From a virus, in the IMG/VR virus record IMGVR_UViG_3300032893_000027, positions 1 through 64,000 of that record: a stretch of DNA of 64,000 bases, one strand, 5' to 3'. The translations under genes were made by a program, and so were the position numbers. Below are positions 56,927 to 64,000 of the stretch, in pieces. Under the pieces are notes generated by a model. The model had not been told where the DNA came from, ran no database searches, and worked only from the letters and a program-made list of their open reading frames with translations. How positions within the stretch are numbered: the stretch's first letter is position 1; each line of letters starts with the position of its first letter.

Positions 56927-57078
56927 CACTGTTCTTTATTGGCCTCTATTTCGGGATCGGGATGGGTTCCGTAACCGTCATCTGTATCGACATTCCGAGC
57001 CCTTCCTTCTGGAAGGTATTATTGTCCATGATGTTCTGGCCGATGTTCTTTTTCCTGCCTGATCCAGAGTGAGTAAGT

Positions 57079-57306
57079 ATGATTGACATATATGATTCAG
57101 AGTTCGATGAGAAGATCCGCATCACTCAGAAGAAGGATTGGATCTACGTCCATTATTCAAAGCGGGTGGGGGGTGGCTTCATCAAGATGAAGCGAGACCT
57201 CTGGCGTCAGGTCGCCCACACTGTGATAGGCATCACAGATAAGGATTGGCCCATAATCGGAGAAAGAAAGAAATCAGCCCCGGTTAGTGAGGGATCTCTG
57301 CGATGA
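57079..57306 (+). CDS. Hypothetical protein
   Basis: ORF track, same-strand cluster. Confidence 0.5.
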   Translation: MIDIYDSEFDEKIRITQKKDWIYVHYSKRVGGGFIKMKRDLWRQVAHTVIGITDKDWPIIGERKKSAPVSEGSLR

Positions 57307-57483
57307 TCTGGCTTTATCATCACTACAGCGGGGGCCATTTCGTTTGCTATGGCGATATCAGAACACCGTCATGGTCGCGCTGGCTTATTCCGGGGACTGA
57401 TACCTGATTTACAACCTATGAGTTGTATAAACCCCGTGTTTGGGGACACTTTAGCCCATCACTACAACCGGCAGTAGGTAAAG

Positions 57484-57714
57484 ATGAGTAACGATAACAC
57501 CATTACGATCACGGAACTGTTGATGAAGACGGCTACGATCTTCGGTAAGATCGACCACATACAGGACAACAAGGGAACAAAACTGTTCCGGGGGGCCTCT
57601 GTTGAACATCTGTTGAACGAGGCCATTCATGAGATCGAGAGCTATCGGAGCATTATCAAGTCCTTCTCGGATGCTGCTAAGATATTGGATAATCAAAGGA
57701 AACTGCCGACATGA
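57484..57714 (+). CDS. Hypothetical protein
   Basis: Coupled ORF cluster. Confidence 0.55.
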   Translation: MSNDNTITITELLMKTATIFGKIDHIQDNKGTKLFRGASVEHLLNEAIHEIESYRSIIKSFSDAAKILDNQRKLPT

Positions 57715-57896
57715 CAGGCAAAGAGATCGAATCATTGGGTGAGTTGGTCGAGAGATCCAAGTCCATTACCCTGACAATGCCGAGTGGTCAGACGGTGACG
57801 ATGGGACCAGATAGACAGAAGCTGGTCGTCAACGCCCTCTATCTGGCAGCCTACGCCCAATACAAGGTGGATAACGATGAGCGAACAGTTCAATGA
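57711..57896 (+). CDS. Hypothetical protein
   Basis: ATGA overlap. Confidence 0.55.
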   Translation: MTGKEIESLGELVERSKSITLTMPSGQTVTMGPDRQKLVVNALYLAAYAQYKVDNDERTVQ

Positions 57897-58068
57897 CAAA
57901 CACCTATTGTGGTGGGTGATCAAGGCCATAGCCCACCACCCACTGGATGTATCCTTCGCAGACCTAAAGGATGACGAACTATGGATAGACATAGAAGCGC
58001 CTGATTGGGTCATGCCCGCCATATTTGAAAAGATCAAGATCATGGAGGACGAAGGTGGACTTGATTGA
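57877..58068 (+). CDS. Hypothetical protein
   Basis: Overlapping ORF cluster. Confidence 0.5.
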   Translation: MSEQFNDKHLLWWVIKAIAHHPLDVSFADLKDDELWIDIEAPDWVMPAIFEKIKIMEDEGGLD

Positions 58069-58236
58069 CCGACTCGAACAGATGGCCTCTTGGATTGACA
58101 CAGGAGTCACTCCAGAGGGTTTTAGTGAAGATGAGTATCTCCCTAGCCTAGATATCACAAGTCTCCTCAGAGAGGCTGCAAACGAGATTAAGAGGCTACG
58201 TGAAGAATTAAGGGTGGATGGGGGGTTCTATTCCTG

Positions 58237-58656
58237 ATGAAGACTTGTTCCCGCTGTAAGGAACCTAAATCGCTGAAGGAGTTCCATCGACATTCGATTT
58301 ATGGAACTCAATCCTATTGCAAGCCATGCGATAACAAAAAGAAGAACGAATTTAACGCAAAGAACCCGGAAAAGAGGTTCCGAGTAAAGCGACGGAACTG
58401 GCTCAAGGACAAGTACGGCATAACGCCGGAAGAACACAAAGGTCTCCTTGAGGCTCAGGGATTCAAATGCGCCATATGCAAAAGCGACAATCCGAGGCGA
58501 AAGTCTAATTGGCTTGTGGACCATTGCCATAAGACTGGCCGTATACGCGGTTTATTGTGCCACCACTGTAATCTGGCCCTTGGACATGTAGGCGATTCAA
58601 CGGCCATCCTAACAGCAATGATTCAATACATAGAACAAAACAAGAACATTGCCTAG
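58237..58656 (+). CDS. Endonuclease VII-type HNH endonuclease
   Basis: CSRC..YCKPC, YGITPEE, QGFKCAIC, VDHCHKTGRIRGLLCHHCN. Confidence 0.9.
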   Translation: MKTCSRCKEPKSLKEFHRHSIYGTQSYCKPCDNKKKNEFNAKNPEKRFRVKRRNWLKDKYGITPEEHKGLLEAQGFKCAICKSDNPRRKSNWLVDHCHKTGRIRGLLCHHCNLALGHVGDSTAILTAMIQYIEQNKNIA

Positions 58657-59092
58657 AATTTTTGTTCAGAACTTTCTGAGAACATTCCTTAAAATTTTGG
58701 TTTGCAATTCACGGGACAGGGAAAATTTTAGGAACCGCCCCCACCCGCCCGTGGAAGGTTGGGCGGGCGTAGGACCGGACCCAGTCGGGCGCGGGCGAAA
58801 AGTTAAATCCCATCAGGGGCTTATGGAAATATTCCATAATGGACGTTATGCGAATTGTGTTCTGAGTTCAGTTGTTCGTTGAAACGAACATCAAGTGACC
58901 CAGCCCCACCCACCCCCGGGGGCAGGGGGACAGGGGATATATCATATCCCATACCCCACAGCTTACCCCACAGTATGCGCCCATGTCCGCATGGATGATA
59001 TCATCTCAATGATATCATTGGAACAGATAGTGAACATTATGGGAATGAATGATGAACATTGCCTCGTGCCAGCCTGTGTACGCGGGCGCGTC

Positions 59093-59611
59093 TTATAACA
59101 ACAACCCCAGCTTACGAGCAAAGACCAGTGGGTCTTTCGCCCCTTTGCGAGAATTGCAAAGCTCACAAGTGAGTTGCAGATTGTGACGGGCATTGCTGCC
59201 GCCTAATGCCAAAGGCATGATGTGATCAACATGATACCGTTGGTTCAAATCAACCCGACAATAGGCGCATTTGCCTAGTTGCAGGCGGAATATGTCCGCT
59301 ATGTCAGTGTCCGTATGAGCCCCGTTGCTGCCCTTTAACCGGGCTTTACGCTTGCGATTACGGGCTATGGCCGCAGGTTTATTGCGCTCATAGGCCAGCC
59401 TGTTTAGCCGACGCTGCTTCTCTCTATTGGAGATAAGCCAAGCCCGATTCCATGCCGGTTTGTTGGGATGACTACGATGCCGATCTCGAATGCACTCTGT
59501 GCATCCCTTGGAAATATACCGTTCAGCAATATGGCCATTGGAGCAGGGCTTTCCGGTAAAATACCGGACCAAACCCAACGCTTTGGCCTCAGATCGCCTG
59601 ATCACGCGCAT
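59093..59611 (-). CDS. HNH endonuclease
   Basis: RYFTGKPCSNGH, CAYC..HVDHIMPLALGGSN..NLQLTCELCNSRKG. Confidence 0.9.
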   Translation of the reverse strand: MRVIRRSEAKALGLVRYFTGKPCSNGHIAERYISKGCTECIRDRHRSHPNKPAWNRAWLISNREKQRRLNRLAYERNKPAAIARNRKRKARLKGSNGAHTDTDIADIFRLQLGKCAYCRVDLNQRYHVDHIMPLALGGSNARHNLQLTCELCNSRKGAKDPLVFARKLGLLL

Positions 59612-59627
59612 CTAAATCACTTCCTCA

Positions 59628-59691
59628 ATGAAGACTCTTTCTTTCGAAAGCCCCTCATTTATGAGGGCTTTCTCAAGAAAGAAGTCCTCAT
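59628..59691. promoter_or_regulatory. Long imperfect hairpin upstream of the first early gene
   Basis: CTTTCTT..GAAAGCCC-CTCAT-TT-ATGAG-GGCTTTC..AAGAAAG. Confidence 0.45.
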
Positions 59692-59722
59692 CAGCAACCC
59701 GGCAACGAAAGGACCGCCGAAC

Positions 59723-60166
59723 ATGACCAACACCATCACGATCTCGAAGGAAGACTTCGCTAAGCTCGTTGCCGAAGCTGTTGCGGCTGAATTGGCTGCA
59801 TCTAAGGGCAAGGCTGTGAAGGCAGCTATTGCTGGCAAGTCGGAGCGTTCGATGAAGAACGAAATCCTCTGTGTCAGAGCCTTCAAGAAGGCTGGCTTTG
59901 GTGACGTCAAGCCTCATGTCGATGTCATGACTTACAATCGTTGGGTTGCTGCTGGCCGTAAAGTCAAGCCCGGTGAACATGGCATTCGAGTTAAGAACCT
60001 TCGGCTGTTCCACATCAAGCAGACCGAAGCGATCTCGGCCGAGGAAAAGGCGAAGCTGCTTGCCGATCAACAAGCGGCTATCGCCAAGTACGAAGCCAAG
60101 AAGGCTGGCGCAATAGCCCTCAATGGTATCGACAAGGGACAGCCGGTTGCGGCTTATCCCGCCTAA
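59723..60166 (+). CDS. ArdC N-terminal-like ssDNA-binding protein
   Basis: MTYNRWVAAGRKVKPGEHGI..LFHIKQT; AAGGA RBS, ATG at 59723. Confidence 0.65.
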   Translation: MTNTITISKEDFAKLVAEAVAAELAASKGKAVKAAIAGKSERSMKNEILCVRAFKKAGFGDVKPHVDVMTYNRWVAAGRKVKPGEHGIRVKNLRLFHIKQTEAISAEEKAKLLADQQAAIAKYEAKKAGAIALNGIDKGQPVAAYPA

Positions 60167-60376
60167 CGGCAACAAACCAGTGATGGGCGGACTAAACATC
60201 CGCCCACTTTACTCCCATCGCATTGATTTTGAAAGGAAAATCATGAGAAACGCTATCGCAATTACGCTGCTAGTTTTTATCGGCTTTGTACTTGGCTACG
60301 CCAGCCACCCCAAGCCGTTATTCGCCAGCTATGACGAAGCTGCCCGCTGGTGCGATTTCGAATAGGAGGATTGAGC

Positions 60377-60559
60377 ATGTATCAGGTCATTTTCCAAGTC
60401 TACAGCGGCGATAAATGGCTGGACTATTGCCGTGAGCCAAGTCCGCATAAGCAACATCTTAACCCCACAAACCAGTGGGCGAAGGATAATTGCGACGTGC
60501 TGGGGCGGAATCACGCCAAGCCATTCCGCTTTATCCTCGAATACTGGAAGGAGGACTAA
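60377..60559 (+). CDS. Hypothetical early protein
   Basis: AGGAGG RBS. Confidence 0.55.
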   Translation: MYQVIFQVYSGDKWLDYCREPSPHKQHLNPTNQWAKDNCDVLGRNHAKPFRFILEYWKED

Positions 60560-60742
60560 ATGACCATTGTCTTACGCCCATACTATGGCCAATGGGCTAT
60601 TTACGCTGATGGACAATATGCTGGCTTGATCAAAGGCCAGCCGCAGGAATGTGTTGCAACTTTGCATCGGGTTTATCCCGAAGCGACTCAAATTGCCGTT
60701 ATGGCCGGGCTTACAGCCCCTCAGTGGGAGAACAGAGCGTGA
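60560..60742 (+). CDS. Hypothetical early protein
   Basis: GGAGG RBS. Confidence 0.55.
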   Translation: MTIVLRPYYGQWAIYADGQYAGLIKGQPQECVATLHRVYPEATQIAVMAGLTAPQWENRA

Positions 60743-60999
60743 AGATCATCAATACTTACCACACTTATCCAGACCTTGATGAAGCCGGTGTCGCCTTCCT
60801 TACCGTTCTAACCGAAGGCGATATTGGCGATTATGCCGTTTACTCAGGAATCGTCGGTTTCACTTGGGACTATGCAGGCGATTATGAGTTTGAACGCAAC
60901 ATTGCGGCGCAACGAGTCGCTAAAAGTGGCCAGAAAGAGCCATACGAACGCGCCGTGACCTTCTTCCCTTACCTCAAGAGAGAAAGTTATCGCCAATGA
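60739..60999 (+). CDS. Hypothetical early protein
   Basis: GTGA overlap start. Confidence 0.55.
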   Translation: MKIINTYHTYPDLDEAGVAFLTVLTEGDIGDYAVYSGIVGFTWDYAGDYEFERNIAAQRVAKSGQKEPYERAVTFFPYLKRESYRQ

Positions 61000-61106
61000 A
61001 AGACATCGCCATCGGTTTCATCTTGGGAGCAGCCCTGTTTGGGCTGTTCCTTTCATCGCTTGTTATCAAGATAGACCAATTCAACTAGCAAAATCAGGGA
61101 GATGTT

Positions 61107-61457
61107 ATGAGCCTAGTCATGGTCCACTACCTGCACCCGAAATGCACCCAAGATCACGTCGGACTGATTCCATATATGCTGGATTCAGCCGATCCAACGC
61201 CAGCCAAAGACCAATTCGACCGCAATTATCAGCATGGCGGCGGTTGGCGAAATCAAAAAGGTTTTACTTTGCTGGACGGCAATGTCCTGCAATATGGCGA
61301 GGAATATGACCCGGACGATCATGAAACTGATCCGCCGCTGAAACCCATTGCCGAAATCGTGATGCCCGGACGCGAAGAACGCATCTTTGTGTACGATTAT
61401 GGCTATGTTGCCATAATTCAGCCAGACCAATCTTTTGAAGTCTGCCGAATGGATTAA
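61107..61457 (+). CDS. Hypothetical early protein
   Basis: GGGAG RBS; QFDRNYQHGGGW, FEVCRMD. Confidence 0.65.
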   Translation: MSLVMVHYLHPKCTQDHVGLIPYMLDSADPTPAKDQFDRNYQHGGGWRNQKGFTLLDGNVLQYGEEYDPDDHETDPPLKPIAEIVMPGREERIFVYDYGYVAIIQPDQSFEVCRMD

Positions 61458-61469
61458 GGGGAATAAAAC

Positions 61470-61892
61470 ATGAACAAAGAACGTCTGTTGAAACTGGCCG
61501 ATCTGTTAGAAGCCGATGCCAAGAACCCCAAGGGAGTTAAATTCGATCTCTCTGAGTGGGGCGAGGCTGTTGATCCCAAAACGCCCGTTAATTGCGGAAC
61601 ATCCGCTTGTGCGGTTGGACTCGCTTGCATTTCCGGTGCTTTCAAGAAAGAAGGCTTGGGTTATGAGGTAGTGGAAGGCAAAGAATGGGATGATCTAGAT
61701 AAGCCATCAGCTATTTATACCATAAATCCCACCTACAAAAAAATGTCTGGATGGGATGCCGTCGCAAAATTCTTCGGTATCGGTTACGCCGATGCTGAAT
61801 ATCTATTCAGTTCTTACGAGTACAACAGTATTCCAAAAGGGGCAAAGGGTGAACGTACCGTAGCCAAGCGTATCAGGGAGTTTTGTAAATGA
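61470..61892 (+). CDS. Hypothetical early protein
   Basis: MNKERLLKLADLL..FDLSEW..CGTSACAVG. Confidence 0.65.
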   Translation: MNKERLLKLADLLEADAKNPKGVKFDLSEWGEAVDPKTPVNCGTSACAVGLACISGAFKKEGLGYEVVEGKEWDDLDKPSAIYTINPTYKKMSGWDAVAKFFGIGYADAEYLFSSYEYNSIPKGAKGERTVAKRIREFCK

Positions 61893-62084
61893 CGACCTAT
61901 AACGTCCACGCCCAAATCGTCCCCGGCAATAAAGCCAGCGACGTTTACTATACCGTAGAAGCCTCCTCAAAGGAAGAGGCTTGGGACAAAGCCAGATCGA
62001 ATTATAAGAAGTCTGGAATGATCTATCGCGTTGTTTCCTTTGAAGAAAAAGAAAAGTAATACCACAAGAAAAGCAGGTAATACC

Positions 62085-62110
62085 AAAAGGCTCCCTTCGG
62101 GGAGCTTTTT
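62085..62110 (+). terminator. Rho-independent terminator
   Basis: AAAAGGCTCCC-TTCG-GGGAGCTTTTT. Confidence 0.75.
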
Positions 62111-62146
62111 GTCGTTTGTGGGCTAATCCACGCAAAAGGAGCCAAT

Positions 62147-62563
62147 ATGACTCAATTCCTAAGCAATGAACGTAGTGAGAACCTGAAGAAGGAACTCATG
62201 GAACTTGGTATGCCAGAGAATCTGGCGAATGAGGTATCAACTTATAGTGATGACTTCGACTTTTTGGACGACAAGCTTGCCCGCCACACCAGCGGCTCGC
62301 TCAAATGGGCGAGATTAATGGTTGATGCCGTCATTGAGGATAATGCCGAGGAAAGACAGGAGTTCGCAGTCTACATCAAGGCCGAAATGGCGATCCGCTC
62401 AGCCTATCGTCAGGAAGCAATGGAACGTGGCATCTTCAAGAACTTCACCCGATGGGCCAAATCCGCTGAAGATGCGATTCCAACGCTCAGGGAACATACC
62501 AGACGCATTGAAGCCTATAAGCTCAATCTAACGGACAAGAACCAAGGCACCAATCTGCACTAA
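62147..62563 (+). CDS. Hypothetical protein
   Basis: AAGGAG RBS. Confidence 0.6.
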   Translation: MTQFLSNERSENLKKELMELGMPENLANEVSTYSDDFDFLDDKLARHTSGSLKWARLMVDAVIEDNAEERQEFAVYIKAEMAIRSAYRQEAMERGIFKNFTRWAKSAEDAIPTLREHTRRIEAYKLNLTDKNQGTNLH

Positions 62564-62638
62564 TAGGCCGACCAACGTCTCTTCTTCCTCCTCTCTTCGA
62601 GAGGAAGAAGAGACGTCCTCCAATCACGGAGATTTGAT

Positions 62639-62857
62639 ATGGCTAATAGGCAGGGACCGCCATCAGACGAAATCGTTGAATTCATTGCGGAAACAATCGC
62701 AGAGATGATGAGCCAAATGAATTGTGATCCGCTTGACCGCATGGTGGATATCACCGAGGATACGCCAGAGACAATCCCACTAACAGCCCGCATCGAGGAA
62801 CGCTATACCGCCCTCCATGCGGTTTACTATGAACAAACAATAACTGAGAGGGAATGA
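62639..62857 (+). CDS. Hypothetical acidic protein
   Basis: GGAG RBS. Confidence 0.55.
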   Translation: MANRQGPPSDEIVEFIAETIAEMMSQMNCDPLDRMVDITEDTPETIPLTARIEERYTALHAVYYEQTITERE

Positions 62858-63100
62858 ATGGCAACTTATCGTGTTGTGAATGAACTAGGCCATATTGAGG
62901 CCGAGTTTCCAGTGTACTCTATGGCCAAAGCAGAGGCTGATCGCTGTCATACACGCGGACAGCGCTCAGGACATTACCGCGTTGAGGAAGTGAATATAGT
63001 CTACCACACCGCTGAAAAGCTTCATTCCGATACATTTGGGAAACTGGGCTATGACAATGTTCGCGGAGAAGTCTATCCAGTAGGAGAAAAGCCACAATGA
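62858..63100 (+). CDS. Hypothetical protein
   Basis: Coupled ORF. Confidence 0.55.
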   Translation: MATYRVVNELGHIEAEFPVYSMAKAEADRCHTRGQRSGHYRVEEVNIVYHTAEKLHSDTFGKLGYDNVRGEVYPVGEKPQ

Positions 63101-63357
63101 CTGACAGAAAACTGACCGAGATCGAGATTTGGACTGAAACGCTGGAACTCGTTAACTACTTCAAGGAAAGGAACATCCCGCAACGGGAAGCCTGCTGTGT
63201 CATGAGTGCCGCACTGGCTGGCATCTTGGCCACTAAATTTATGGAGGAGGACTATCAGACGATGGTTGATAAGTTTGGCGCCATGACGCTTGGTTTCATC
63301 AAGGAGGGCAATCAAGCCAATAGGGAACGAAAAATTAAGGAAGGAATGAAGCACTAA
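63097..63357 (+). CDS. Hypothetical protein
   Basis: ATGA overlap. Confidence 0.55.
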   Translation: MTDRKLTEIEIWTETLELVNYFKERNIPQREACCVMSAALAGILATKFMEEDYQTMVDKFGAMTLGFIKEGNQANRERKIKEGMKH

Positions 63358-63674
63358 TGTGGATATGTCTAAACGACGGATTCTATTCAATAGTTCAAGA
63401 TCATGACAATCCAAACTTGGTTTGGGTGAGATCAAGACATCGTGATCATTTGGCTAAACTATTCCCTTATCGTATTGAAATACAGGAACATGAGGATCGA
63501 GATTATCGTTATCGGACCCTAGTCGAGAAAGGTGATGTGGCTGATATTATTTCTCACCGTGTTAACTTAATCAATTACGGCAACTTCAAAGCCTCGGTTA
63601 AGGACAAGCAACTGCATGATCTTTATAGCGATTTCTGGACGATGCACCGGCTTTATCAAGAGGAGAACGAATGA
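63357..63674 (+). CDS. Conserved phage protein
   Basis: MWICLNDGFYSIV..VRSR..DYRYR..INYGNFK. Confidence 0.65.
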   Translation: MWICLNDGFYSIVQDHDNPNLVWVRSRHRDHLAKLFPYRIEIQEHEDRDYRYRTLVEKGDVADIISHRVNLINYGNFKASVKDKQLHDLYSDFWTMHRLYQEENE

Positions 63675-63883
63675 TAGATAGCGTCACCAACATCATCTAC
63701 ATCAGAGAAGGGGAGCGGTTTGTAGCTCCCCTTGAAGTTTTTCAGGCCATTAACAAGCTTGCCAATAAGAAAGGGCTCAAATCCTACGTTATGGGCAAGC
63801 TAGACAATGAAACCATCTCATTCAGGATCATCGAAGATGACGGACAAGTACATTTTGGACGGCCGCGTTCCGTTAAAGTGTAA
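63671..63883 (+). CDS. Hypothetical protein
   Basis: ATGA overlap. Confidence 0.5.
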   Translation: MIDSVTNIIYIREGERFVAPLEVFQAINKLANKKGLKSYVMGKLDNETISFRIIEDDGQVHFGRPRSVKV

Positions 63884-64000
63884 TAACCTAACGGAATGGG
63901 CTCGCTGGTTTACGGAGGAAGATCGCCACGTTGCGAATGATTGGATCAATGGCGTTCATGTCAGCACCGTTTTCTTAGGGATAGATCATTCCTTCCCCTG

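Larger units (their letters stand above)
1..64000. mobile_element. Tailed dsDNA bacteriophage genome segment (podovirus-like, probable alphaproteobacterial host)
   Basis: TerL, portal, major capsid, tail/adaptor and ejection-type genes, primase-helicase, RusA and HNH genes; dense overlapping small ORFs; GcrA homolog; no host housekeeping genes or integrase seen. Confidence 0.95.

Noticed and set aside
1-64000. tRNA/rRNA genes, lysis cassette, DNA polymerase, integrase
   Set aside because: None recognisable by eye in this window. They may lie outside it, and a tRNAscan or HMM search would be needed to exclude them.

Overview
The window is a contiguous segment of a tailed dsDNA bacteriophage with a podovirus-like gene set. 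The host is probably an alphaproteobacterium, because the phage carries a GcrA homolog. I saw no host housekeeping genes, integrase, rRNA, tRNA or CRISPR. Layout: (1) 1-5 kb: replication and regulation, with a Twinkle/T7-like primase-helicase whose Zn-finger sits in a separate ORF, a RusA-like resolvase, a DnaA-C-like HTH protein and GcrA. (2) 5-11 kb, + strand: HTH regulators, a mosaic array of short ORFs built from five repeated DNA/peptide modules, then SSB-like and recombination-type genes. (3) 11-47.5 kb, - strand: morphogenesis operon with TerL, portal, GroES, scaffold, capsid, many Ser/Thr-rich virion proteins, Trp-Pro repeat proteins, tail/adaptor proteins and three large ejection-type proteins, one carrying kinase-like and ART-like domains. 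(4) 47.5-55.5 kb, + strand: a near-complete pseudaminic-acid-type (nonulosonate) biosynthesis operon with tailoring enzymes. (5) 55.5-64 kb: small ORFs, two HNH-type endonucleases flanking a palindrome-rich non-coding gap, and early genes. Best candidate new system: the phage-encoded CMP-nonulosonate pathway plus a GT42/Maf-like sialyltransferase-fold gene inside the structural operon, which suggests virion (or host-surface) glycosylation with a modified pseudaminic acid. Other strong signals are the module-shuffled ORF array, a probable -1 frameshift, a structured leader in front of the capsid genes and a recurrent x-A-x-G-G-x-V motif in putative internal virion proteins. All family assignments come from recognising motifs by eye; no database searches were run.
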